Part shown: positions 11,184 through 22,764 of the stretch, piece by piece
How the letters are laid out: every line of letters begins with the position of its first letter
Position numbering within the stretch: the first letter of the stretch is position 1
NCBI GenBank assembly: GCA_009602735.1
Contig: WELA01001035.1
Coordinates: forward strand, 139,694 to 172,665
Length of the DNA stretch: 32,972 bases
Source of the DNA: Mesotaenium endlicherianum
Taxonomy: Eukaryota
Direction: 5' to 3'
Made by a program: the position numbers and the translations under genes
The notes under the pieces: generated by a model
The model's database searches: none
What the model was told of the DNA's origin: nothing
Seen by the model: only the letters and a program-made list of their open reading frames with translations

Positions 11184-14100
11184 TTATCGCAACCCCCTGC
11201 GCCGCTTGACTGTCGCTTGCTTTCGGCGGGGGGCGTTGCCCGAGGGCGGTTTGTGTGCCAGGGTAGCGATGCCAGGAGGGGGCTGCAGTGCGCCCCCTGC
11301 GCCTGCTGCCGCAGCAGCGGCCAGAGCTTCCGCGCTCGGCATGCCCAGCATCTGCTTCACGCTCTTCCTCTTCAGCACTGCACAGAATTGCAAGTCATGC
11401 ATGACATGTGAGTTTCCAGCCGAGGATTTATGTTCGTCCTCGAAATCATGAAATTGCACTCTGCAGAGCGCTAGCATCATAAAGAAAGGAGTCCAGCTTG
11501 AAAAGCCTGTGTGGTTTGTCTGAGGAGGGAACCGCAGTTTTGCGAGCATGTGCACACACATAGGTAGCAACACCAAAGGCTCCCACAGGCAGGCCACGCT
11601 CAAAGCAGATAGCAGGTGGAGCATTGCCAGCTGTCAGCACCACAAGGAAACTCACCAAGCCCTTGCATGAGGGACATGAAGTTTGACGGCATCCAATAGC
11701 AGAACAGCGCCTGCCGCCATCCCCGCCCCAACCCACTCCACCCCAGGTGTCCTTCATTCAGCCATTACACGGGAAGAACACCAAGCATGCAGTCAGCCCT
11801 CTCGGAGCCTGCCTGCAGTTGGCCATTCAGGTGACCGCCACCTGTACCTCCAGATTATGTGCGGCACAGTGGGCCAGTCGCCAAAGCAGACACACTCGTG
11901 CTACTCAGCACAAGTTTCGGCGGTGCTGTTAAATCAGATCCCAACTTGACGAACTCAATCGGTGCCTGTGAAAAAAAGTTTGAGGAAAGGGGGTGAAGGC
12001 CGTGGGGGTGCGGAGAGTTGATTTGGGGTGTAGCAATTGGAGAAAGTACCGCAGAGAAGTGCGAGGTGAGGGGCACCATGGCCACCGCCAGCAGGCGCAT
12101 GAGGTTCTTCATCCGCGCCGCGTTGGGGTTCCCCTGCATGCCCTCCACCGCCCCCATCTGTCCCCCACAGTAGTATCACAAGACACACTCCCACACTCAG
12201 TACGCCCCGGTAGCCAGCCAACGCCTCAGTGCATGCGAGCGCCCACACAGCAGACAAGCACACATGGACACATGCACACGCACGCACACACACACGTGCA
12301 CACACGCACGCGCGCGCTGACACAGCAGAGGATTAGCATGTGGCCTGGCAGAGCATTGCGTGATGATAAGGGTTTACAATCCTGGGTTTTAGGGCTAGAG
12401 GCTTAAGCAGCAGCCAGAGAACAATAGCTCCTGGAGTCCTGTTCCTTCCGCCAGAGCCAGCAGCACATTTGAAAGAGCCTAGCCCCTACGTAACGTGTCA
12501 GCACCACGCCGTCTGAGTGGGGAGCGCCCGTCATGGGCGGAGATCACCATGTCTCCTACACCCATCTGTTAAGACACCCCCTCCCTGTCCGGGACCTGTC
12601 CTTGCGCAACATCGGCTGGCACTCAAGTGCGTGATTGTTTCTGCATCACGCCAAGTGGCGCAGAAGGAGGGAGGCACAACGCACGTCCATCTAGGCATCG
12701 CATGGACCAGTGTGAGGGTCGCCAGGCCCTCTCTCTTGAAAGGCAGGAGTGCTTATAACTACTCTGCCACAACAGCTTGGGGAGAGGGGAGGGGAGGGAG
12801 GGGAGGGAGGGCATGGGAGGCGGGCTGCCCCACTCACCTCCACAGTGGCCAGAAAGCTGAGGGCCGACAGAATGGGCAGCGCGTACGTCGCATCTGCCAC
12901 CGACAGGTCGGTGAACCACAGGGCGCCACCTGTCTTGAACGACTCCACACCCTCTGCCATGCCTTGGATCTGGGCTCCGCCCCCCATACCCATCATCCCC
13001 CCAGAAAGAGACACATGTTCAAAGGATCGCAACTCCACCTTTCACAGATTCCATCGCCCGTCGCTTCAAGCGCAAATGGGCCGTCTCTCACGGGCCACGC
13101 AGGGGCTCATGCGCGCACACCTCCACCGCACAGCAGGGGAAGGAGCACAAGAGCACACGAATGCATCATTACATGCATGGCTGGCAGGCTGGGTGGGTGT
13201 GTGGAGGCGGGGGCACTCACGGCAAAGTAGAAGCAGATGAAGAGGGGGGCCTGGATGAGGATGCCCAGAAAGGGCGCCAGGGGCGACGTGCCGTGCCTGC
13301 ACCCCCCAGGGTGCATCGCCAGTCAGCCAGCCAGCCAGCCACCCCCCTCATGCAGAGAGGCCCCCTCCCCGCAAGGAGCACCCTTCTCTCAGCCTTCTGC
13401 AGGGAGACTCCCGCCCCTGGCTCCTGTCTTTTTGAGAGGAAGGCGGGCGGAGATGCCCTGCCCGCGCGGGGGGAAAGATCCACGCGTGTGGCGCGTGGCG
13501 TGAGACTCCTACTTGACCCTTTCCTCGTGACCCTCGCAGCGGAGCTGGAGCTGCTGTGGAGTGCAAGTGAGCAAGCACGTCATACTCTCTTGGGGAGCAA
13601 AAGGGCGCGATGCTGCTCGGCGTGTCGTATCGTCAAGGCCCCAAGAGAACCATGACGCGCTTGCGGTTCTTTTCAAGTGAAAGTGCCTGGATCATGCCTA
13701 TTCAGCTGCAGCTGCTAGACTCCCAGTAGGTGCCAGATGCCCATGGTAAATTCGCCCCGCCAACCTCCGCACACGCAGAAAGAGCCTGGAGAGGGGAAGA
13801 GGGAAGAGAGGCCACGAGGAGGAGGAGGAGGAGGAGGAGAGTGGGGAGCTCACTTCTTGAAGAGGCCTTTGAGGCGCTGCTGGTACATCTCCGCCACCTT
13901 GGGGTCGTGCGACTGCCGCGTCCGCCCCCCGCCCCACAGGCGGAAATCTCAGTCCCTCACCTTGTTTTTTAGAGGGCGTCAACGCATGAGCCCCAGGGTA
14001 TCTAGTGCGGCAAAAGTGGAACAAGCATGGTGTTCTTGAGAGTGTGTGGTTGACTTACGCTGGCCTTCATCTTCTCAACAATCACCTTCATCTCTGGTTG

Positions 14101-15113
14101 CAGCAGCTGTCACAAGTACAGTGCAACAAGCTGAAGGTCAGGGTTTAAAACTTTATAATTGGGTTAAAAGGGTCCAGAGTCGAGTCTTGTCCAAAAATTA
14201 AGATTCAGCAGTCATATAAGTCGAGTTCATGACTGGATACAAACCACGTCACCATGATCAGCTGTGACAAGTAAAACTCATTCACTCTTGCACTATCAAG
14301 AGGCTCAGACAACTCTCAGGAGGCTTACAACTAGTCGAGACGAGGAGCGCATTTGATGGATCATCAGGGGAAGCACAGCCAGCCTGATTGCCACTGTTGC
14401 TGCTGCTATAGACAGCCACCTGGCAGCCCCTCCACGACAGCAGCAGTTGGGTCAGAGCACTGCAACTCTCCTGCCATTCTTGGGGGGTTCACTTCTCACA
14501 CCCCCATAGTCTACCCTTTGAGCATGCTGATAGTTGCAACATACTTGAACTGGATAGCTCAACTAAGGATAGGAGTTGTTGTGCACCATGGCAAGCCAGT
14601 CTGGAGATGAATGTTGTCCATAAAGTGCTGAAGGCCCGCAACTATCATGGAAGACTCTGAAGCCACATGAGCGACATCTTTGCCAACCTGACTCACTGCT
14701 TCTCCCACCGCTCCCACCGTCTCAGATATTACTCCTTCCATTCCTGATCCAGATCCATCTGGCAATAACTCCCGACCCCAATCCTGGCCTGATCCTGTTG
14801 AAGAACTGGACCACCTCACTCCAGCGGAGGAAGGAAGCAGCCCACTTCGAAGATATTCGGCGTCCTGCCTAAACAACGAACTTGCGGCTGCAAACGGTAC
14901 GGCAGGGGATCGCAATAGGTGACTTAGAGCTTGTGACGTGTTCGCAGGCGCAGAAGCTTGTGCCAGAGACCAGGCCGAATACTTTCTAGGATTAGCTAGA
15001 GATTCTTCACGATCTGATAAAACAACGGAGGCCTGCCAAGAAGGAGGAAAAATGTTCTTGTGTATGAAAGGAGCGCAACCCTTGTAGAGGGTCCTCGACC
15101 TTGATAAAGCCAT
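11184..15113 (-). CDS. OXA1: Mitochondrial inner-membrane insertase OXA1 (YidC/Oxa1/Alb3 family), 429 aa, 9 exons
   Basis: Exons 15113-14587, 14419-14329, 14106-14059, 13912-13854, 13296-13221, 12969-12838, 12157-12050, 11710-11656, 11377-11184 (TAA); 1290 nt. Ser/Arg-rich presequence, then HLQTGLPWWLSIAAATVAIRLAVLPL (TM1 with the conserved Arg), LIQAPLFICFYFA, FKTGGALWFTDLSVADATYALPIL, ALFCYWMPSNFMSL and a basic C-terminal tail (RRKQATVKRRRGLR). Confidence 0.93.
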
Positions 15114-15650
15114 ACAAGAAGCTCAATACTACACAAGGCTTCCTGGCGACATGACCATGATAGCACTTAATGTGCACGCTTTCGTTTTAAGCTTCTAAGA
15201 CCTGCAATTTTCAGCTGATGCTACATATATCCAGCCCACAACAGCTCTTCATATGATTGTAGTTGAATAACGTTACTTCGTGACTCTGTAGAAAGTTGTG
15301 ATCAGCAGCTGGCAGGGGCCTCGCGAGCCCTGCTGCGTTAACAAGAGCAGAAGCAGTTTCAAATCACTTCGAAGTTCGAAATGAATGGGGGGGGATGTAC
15401 GGTCTTGACGGCCAAAGCGTCGGTCGTTTGTTTCATCACGACATTCCGCCCTTATAACGAGTAAAGTCACACATCGAAGGCGTCGAATCGCGCTGTCCGC
15501 TATCGACGGTACACAGTGAGAAGAAGGGCAAAGCCTCGGGGAAGTCATACATACGCCGTCAGCACTTGTTAGAAACTCTCTTTTTGCCTCAGCCCGAAGG
15601 AGAAGCTCCTGTGGCAGGCAAGTTGCCTCCTCAGTACTTGTTAGGCAGCC
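15114..15650. promoter_or_regulatory. Divergent (bidirectional) promoter region between OXA1 and RACK1
   Basis: The two start codons face away from each other, 537 bp apart. Pyrimidine tract CTCTCTTTTT at 15576-15585; TTATAA near 15453. Confidence 0.6.
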
Positions 15651-16952
15651 ATGGCAGAAAACCTTAGCCATAGAGGCACTCTCAAGGGTCACTCTGACTG
15701 GGTGACCTCAATTGCATGCCCCCTGGACAACAGTGACATGATCTTGTCCTCGTCCAGGGACAAGTCCGTCATTCTCTGGAATCTTACCCGCGAAGAGGGC
15801 AACTACGGTTCCGCCAGGAGACGCCTGACAGGACACGGAAGCTTCGTGCAGGATGTGGTTATCTCCTCAGATGGCCAGTTTGCTCTTTCTGGGTCATGGG
15901 ATGGAACTCTTAGGTTGTGGGACTTGAACTCAGGCAGCACCACCAGGCGCTTTGTTGGTCACGGAAAGGACGTCCTGAGCGTAGCTTTCTCTGTAGACAA
16001 CAGGCAGATTGTTTCGGGTTCCAGGGATCGCAGCATTAAGCTTTGGAACACTCTTGGTGAGTGCAAGTACACTATTCAGGATCAGGAGGCACACACAGGC
16101 TGGGTTAGCTGCGTGAGGTTCTCTCCAGTCAACACCCACCCTATCATAGTCAGTGGAGGCTGGGACAAGGTGGTCAAGGTGTGGAACTTGACCAACTGCA
16201 AGCTGCGCACCAACCTTCTCGGACACACAGGCTACATCAACACCGTGACTGTGTCCCCCGATGGTTCGCTCTGTGCCAGTGGTGGCAAGGATGGAGTTGC
16301 AATGCTGTGGGATTTGGCCGAGGGCAAGAGGCTGTACAGCTTGGATGCCGGCGACATCATCCACTCCCTGTGCTTCAGCCCTAACAGATACTGGCTGTGC
16401 GCTGCCACCCAGTCTTCCATCAAGATCTGGGACCTGGAGAGCAAGAGCCTTGTGGATTCTTTGGTCCCTGACTTCCGTCTTCAGACCAGGAAGGCACAGG
16501 TATGATAACTGCCTCTCCAATGAAATGCATGAGTTGAGTTATTGAGGTATGTCTGTCAAAGTTGCCTGTCTTATTTTGTGCCAAACATGGTTTTAGCTGA
16601 ACATACCCTAAAAGCTTGTCCATTGGATCTGTACTAAGCACAAGCATGGTGGAACAAGACCAAATGAAAGCCAATGACAAACCTTTGGCACTTTTCATGT
16701 CGTGGGGGGAACATGCAAACCTCACTGGAAGTCAAAGAACGTGGAGCACAAGAAGGGGTGTTTGAAATCTAGTGAAGGGTTTTGCTTTAGCAGTTAGTAT
16801 TGGAAAGTTAGTCACAAAGTTGCTCGTATGACGTTGATGGGAACCTGCAGGTGCCATACTGCACAAGCCTGAACTGGAGCGCCGATGGCAGCACCCTCTA
16901 CTCTGGCTACACTGACGGCCATATCCGTGTCTGGAGCGTAGGCCGCATCTAG
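15651..16952 (+). CDS. RACK1: RACK1, receptor for activated C kinase 1 (7-WD40 40S ribosomal protein), 316 aa, 2 exons
   Basis: Exon 1 15651-16499 ([22 protein letters not shown]...[21 protein letters not shown]...[14 protein letters not shown]...RKAQ); intron 16500-16850 (gtatga...cctgcag); exon 2 16851-16952 ([33 protein letters not shown]). Confidence 0.98.
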
Positions 16953-18327
16953 AGAGGTGGCGACAATGTCTGATGGAGGTTTTAGGGGTTGTGTCATAGA
17001 GGGCCGTTTCTGGCAAGCATGACACATTCAACGCAAGGACAGGGCATCTTTTTACCTGGCACTTTTGATACTTGAGGGGAAGTGCTACAACAAGTTAATG
17101 AGTATGCCAAAGATGTTTCATGGACCTGCTGCATTGTCATTTGATCTTTTACATATGAAAACAAAGCAAACTTAACCTGGACTACAACCTGTTTGAGTCC
17201 TCTCCTCTGCTTCATTCAATGTCTACTGATTCAAGGTGTTGACATCACTAACAGCACATCCCACCTACTTTGCCATCTTCATGGTGTCTGGCGAGCTCTT
17301 TGAAGGTATGGGGACATTTTGTAATGGTGTCGTTAATGCTGATGAGAGTGTCATGAATCGAGTCGTCTGTTTGCTGCTTCATAGTCCTTACTCGTCTACC
17401 TTTTAGCAAGATGCATATAGCTGCTGGGTGGTTGCTGTGGCTTCGGGGTAGGTTTCTTGCATTTACCTGTTTCACATCTTGGCCTTAAACCCTGTCCTTA
17501 TTCAAAAATGTAGTGCTGTAAGTGGTTGTGTTTGCTAGGGGGAGAAAGGTGGCTGGTTATTTTATACACGTCTGTACAACATGCGGGCTTTACTAATGTG
17601 CTATCTACAGTTTCTGCACATTTGCAGAGTATGTCACTAACCATATGCCGTGCACCTGTGCTTCTTTGCTAGATTCTTCTGGTACTTCCCTCTGGTCCAA
17701 TCATATAGCTGTCGTATGTTGATGTGACATGTACCAGCTCTATCTGAGACGGGAATTTAGTACACAAGGAAGAATGCCTGTATATTATGAAATGTCTATT
17801 GCATGGGTTCTTGGAATATACTGACGCAAGGACACTGTAAGGCAGTATAAACCAGTGTCTCTATGATCACAAGTTGTAGTGTCATATCATGATGATTGCC
17901 TTGTACTTATCGTTGTTTCCCATCTGGTTAACGTCACAAATCATCTCAAGCTCTGCACCATGAACTTAGCCTTGCACAGCGTAATTTTGACATTTCATCA
18001 GTTACTTAAAGTTTCTCAATGATGTCACCCTTTACAATAAAGTGCCATAGGTGTAATTCCTAATCTGTACCAAGGTCAGGATATTGTCAGGATCTAAATT
18101 TCTGCTGGTCCCTACCACATAGATTGGCAAGTTACACAAGCAGTGGATGAAGTGTCAAGTAAAGATAGTACTGCTCGTCGCCTAGGAGCAACTATTCTGG
18201 TAAGTGATCAAAGATAGATCGAAAGCACTAATGCCCTATCACTGAGCTGACAACTACATCAAAGCATTCTAAAGCTTGTATTTCATTCATACATTCAGTC
18301 TCGTCAGACATTAGCCAGTATCGCTAT

Positions 18328-19777
18328 CTAAGCTGAAACCGAAGCACCAGAGGCTTCTTGCCGAGAAGCAAGCAATTCCTTCCACTCCTGGGCACGTTTG
18401 AATCCTTCTTTCCATCGTTTTATCCTCTCCGCATCCCTCTTTGCAATTGCAGCCCTTTTCTCTTGTACTTTTAGCTTGACCTGACTCTGCAAAAGCAGGT
18501 ACAATCAGCTTGCGTCAGGCACAAAATACTGGATACATAGTAGGCTGACCTCTAAAATAGGATGCCAGCAAGCGCATACAGCTAAAATAGGAATATCATC
18601 AGTCTATCAAGAAATATTGTAAGTCACCTAGAGTTTTTCTGGAGGACCTCGTCAAAAATGCTTGCAGCACTTTAACTTGACATTGCAAATATTACCTGTT
18701 CCTTTTTAGACCTTACAACATGACTTCCATTGTCCATTCTAAAGGGAACGTGACACAGACTTGGCCCAAACAAGTACCAGATAATGACTCGCATGTATTG
18801 GACTGATGAGACAGCAACCTCTAGGAGCTCACACTAGCTCACGGATTCATGAGGCATGCAGGGTATGCCTTGACAACCTTCTAAAATACTGAACATTCAC
18901 AAATTTGAGTACTGATACAATCTTGCGCCTACAAAACTGGAAGAGGAGCGGGTTAAGCAGCGGGTAAGGAAGGGTACCACAGTGAAGGCAACTCGAACTT
19001 TAACCTTCCTCTTTCTCTTTCGATTTCTCACACTTCCTGCATTGGGCCTTGATGGAGGCACAGGCTCTCCAGGTGTTGCCAATACATCCCTCCAAGGCAC
19101 TGCAACCTCATCCGACAAACTTATGAGCACCTAGTGATGGCGCAGTTGCTTCTGCACTAAAGCTTGCCTCCGTGACATGAAGGGCCAATCAAGATTCTAG
19201 GCAGCAAGCAGTCTTCACAAATGGAAATATGAGCACTTCCGGCTCAGATAATTGACCACAAAGGTTGTAGAACTGGTGAAGGGAATATGTCTGTTATCAC
19301 TTTCACGCTCTTCATATCTTCCCTTTTTATCATTCAATAGTATCCCTCCGCCACGCCTTTTCATGTTTAGCACAACGCATGAGTCATGCTATGGCATGCA
19401 TTATATAGTATGAGAAATATTGTGAAGGCAAAGTTTTCACCTCCTTCCCATTTTTTAAGGCGCTTAGCAAACCCTCGATGCCCCGTGAGTAGTGAGCAGG
19501 GAAGTGTCTTTGGAACTCCTCTTCTTGAGCCTGGTATGAATGGGCTATAGATTCTCGTATCTGCCGCAGTATGCCCCACGTTTCTACTTCCTTCTAGGGC
19601 TCTACCTGCCCAGCCGAAGGTGCCAAAACCCCTGGCATTGCTGCGACCATATCCATTGATTACTGGATGACTATCCGTGACAGGATTTGACGAGGGCACT
19701 CTATAGTGACTTAAGGACTGCAATGCTAGCCGTGTATAGATGCGTCCTCCAAGATCACGGAGAGGCCTTATTGACAT
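18328..19777 (-). CDS. Mitochondrially targeted basic protein, 205 aa, 3 exons; probable plant/green-algal mitoribosomal large-subunit protein (mL87-like)
   Basis: Exons 19777-19441, 19099-18978, 18486-18328 (TAG); phases 1 and 0 fit. The Arg/Ser-rich N-terminus ends in ...HRGFAK, followed by KWEGVPWRDVLATPGEPVPPSRPNAGSVRNRKRKRKVKVRVAFTVSQVKLKVQEKRAAIAKRDAERIKRWKEGFKRAQEWKELL. The PGxPxxxxxPNxGSVxxR..K..R.AF motif plus a basic helix matches my recollection of land-plant mL87. The gene model is firmer than the family name. Confidence 0.72.
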
Positions 19778-20046
19778 GACCTTGCTCCTTGTGACCACTA
19801 AATTGTGACCACTGAAGTTAAGCGATATGGAAATGTGGTCAGCACCAAGGCCTGAACTCGAACTATGAAAGACCGTTTCTCAAAGTCTTGACGCTCAAAA
19901 CAATCTTCTTCCGAGAGATTCTTGAAGTCGTGCGACCAAAATCATTCACAATCTCGTATGGAGCACTAGCTACACAAACAAAATTTGGAAATAGGAGCTC
20001 TCTTGTCTCGAGATTCAAGGCTTTAACCCTCTACCCTTAAACATAT

Positions 20047-20173
20047 TGGGCTTCTAGTGCAATAATCCGGAGGGTGGTGGTCGTAGCAGGTCATAGGTTC
20101 AGGAAGTCTCGCATCGAAGACCTCAGGCCATGTGGGACCATATATGGGCCAAGACAAGGCCCGACCTGGCCCA
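20047..20173. promoter_or_regulatory. Cluster of site II / TCP-type elements in the divergent promoter of the mL87-like and synaptotagmin genes
   Basis: TGGGCT 20047-20052, GTGGGACC 20132-20139 (GGTCCCAC on the minus strand, fitting GGNCCCAC), TGGGCC 20145-20150, GGCCCA 20168-20173. TATA-like CTATATAA at about 20208-20215. Confidence 0.45.
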
Positions 20174-20786
20174 ACCTGTCGAATTCGCACCGCAGCACTA
20201 TATCTCACTATATAATGACGTTATCGTATACCTCCTTGATATCTGGTATACAGGGCTTAAAATTGCTTAAAACAGCTAACTAAAATTAGCTAAAATAAGT
20301 GAAACCAGGCTGAAGCTGGCAGAAGCTGACTGCACGACAGGTAGGCTTGACGGATTGCGACGTACCTCGACGGCCCTTCAGTGTTGGTTATTGTCAGTTG
20401 TTGTCATTGTCACTTGTTGTGCTGCTTTCTCTGCCTGCCAGTTGTCGGCAATGTGCCCTCGGCACAAGCTTTCAAATCCCAACTTTCTAGTTCAAGCAGG
20501 GTTCAAGCATGCGGCAAACGTCTTTACCTCCTTTCCCTTGGCGCTATATACTATTCATATAATAGCTCTGACGCAGGTGAAAGCAGGGCACCTGTACCTT
20601 TGAGCGCTATAGAGGGCAACATTGTCCTTCGATTGTGAGTTGTAGAATGTAGAAGACACTCCCAAACAGCGCATGATTACTCTCAATGATGTCTGTCGAG
20701 GTAAATGCTGAAGCGAGTGTTGGAGAGGAGAACATCAAATCAATGAGAAACAGCTGATGACGTTTACAGACGTCCTGCAATAGGAT

Positions 20787-22729
20787 ATGGGGCACAGTCG
20801 TTGGCAAGCGAAGATAATAAATCTCGTCTTTGCTGCGAGAGGCCCAGTGTATCACATCATATATATATTGGGAAACATCGTTGGTTTTGGAGTGGGTGTT
20901 GGAGCTGGGCTGGCAGCAGGAGCATACGCAGTCAGCAAGTTCAAGAATCTTGAAGTTGAAGCACCACAGGTATTGCTACTGGAATAGACCTTCAGCTGGG
21001 AGGTGGAAATGCAATTTGAATGGCCGGTAGCAATGGCTGATACTATGATCTTGTTGGCCATATCAGTCTGCCAAATGCTCGGATGCATGAGCCGTGCATC
21101 ACTAGTTGACATGATAGAGGCGCACAATGTAGCACAGAAGACTGAGGTGGAGTCCGATTCTCAGCATATGAAAGGTCGTTGCAAAGGTGAGGACAGGCAG
21201 TCGTATCTCAAACGCCTCCTGCATTGCGGGGGTTACCTTACTTCCGACCTCGCTGTAGGGTCTTGGGTCAACGAAAGAACTAGGCTTTGCGAGGAGCAGA
21301 ATGCACGTCTTTGTTCTCGACACATTGTCTCTGTCGACTACAGATCCTTCCCATGGAGAAGCAATTGCCAGCGATGAAGCTTTCTGGTAGTCGCTGCAGA
21401 TTGTGGTTGGCGTGCCTGCAGCCGTCAAAGGTTGCACGCGAGGTGCCAATCAGCGCACACCTGTGCTCTGTGATGGCGTGTGCACAGATAGAGAGGATTG
21501 CAGAAGAAGACGACGGCGACAGGATTGAGGAGCTTCTGAAGCAAGTGCCGGAATGGGTCAAAAGCCCGTCCAGCGAGAGAGTGGGATGGATGAATGCAGC
21601 CATAGCCAAGGCCTGGCCTCACCTGAATGCGGTTGCTTGCAGCCAGTTTGAAAATGGTGTCTGGCCGGTATGCTCTTCCGTCGTCGCCACTCTCCGCTGA
21701 CTGGCCCACCCTTGTGTCGCAACTTCAGGGCTGAGCCAACTTTGCACATCGGAGTCACTTTTTCTTCTTGTTGAAAGTGGAGGTGATGTTGATGTGCTAT
21801 TATCGTGGCATGTGTTTTCTTTGTCGATACCGATTCCACTCTCAGCTTATGTCGGGTATTGAGTATAACTTCCTCAGTCGCTATATGTCGACTTGGGCTA
21901 CAGAAGAAAACAAAGTGATTGCATTAGGATTTGAAGGCAATCCGTGCAGTATATATTCACCCCAGAGCTGCAAAGGGCACTGCGACAAGCACCTGCGGCG
22001 CATGTGCTCTTGCTGCTGATGGCTGAACAGAGTGTCAGATGCTCACCCCGCTCTTGGCTTGGTTGGATGCGGCCATGGCCTGGCAGGCAGCAAAGGAGAA
22101 GCTGGTGGAGAGGGGCATCGGGGTGCAGCTGAGGTCCGTCACCATGGGCACCATCCCCTTCACCTTCGACTACGTGGGGGTACGTGGGCCCCCCTCTCCC
22201 GCTCCCCACCCTAAGCCCCAAACCTGAACCGGCAGGTATGCTCGGCTCTTCTGCTGTTCTCCCCATGTGTGTCGTTGTGTGTGCGTGCTGTCCCACACGC
22301 GTCCTACGAATGTGGCCATAATCTGAAGCTTGGGTAGGAATAACCGAGGCACGGGAAATTCAGCTGAAGAAAAAAAGGACAGTGGAGCCCCCTGGTTGAG
22401 AGTGGGGTGGGGGTGAGGATGGGGGTGGGGCTGGCGGGAGCGTGCAGGCGGTGCAGGCGCTGGAGGACCAGTGCATGGTGGAGAGCACCATCAAGCTGGC
22501 GGGCAACAGCAGCATCCTGATGGACATGCGCTACCGCGGCCTGCAGATGACGGCGCAGATGCGCGAGATCCAGATCATCGCGCGCGTCCGCCTCAAGTTT
22601 GCGCCCCTCACCGCGGACTTCCCCTGCTTCGCTGGCGTCCACCTGTCGCTCCTTGACGAGGTGAGGGAGGGGGAAGGACCTTCATGCGGAAAGCCTTCCG
22701 AGTGGCTCCTGCCACCAACCGTATCAGCT

Positions 22730-22764
<35 letters not shown>

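Noticed and set aside
12368..12402. Telomere-like fragments (gggttttaggg; also near 14140, 16978 and 22209)
   Set aside because: At most one or two degenerate units each, which is not enough to call interstitial telomeric repeats or telo-boxes.
15930..16520. 196-aa antisense ORF over RACK1, and similar antisense ORFs over BTAF1 and SYT exons
   Set aside because: Shadow ORFs produced by codon bias of the sense gene; no independent protein features.
16500..16600. C/D box snoRNA (U24/U95/U96-like) in the RACK1 intron
   Set aside because: There is a CTGA at 16597 but no proper RTGATGA C box, terminal stem or recognisable rRNA guide.
17889..17990. ATGATGA C-box-like motif in the RACK1/mL87-like intergenic region
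   Set aside because: No D box at a suitable distance and no terminal stem.
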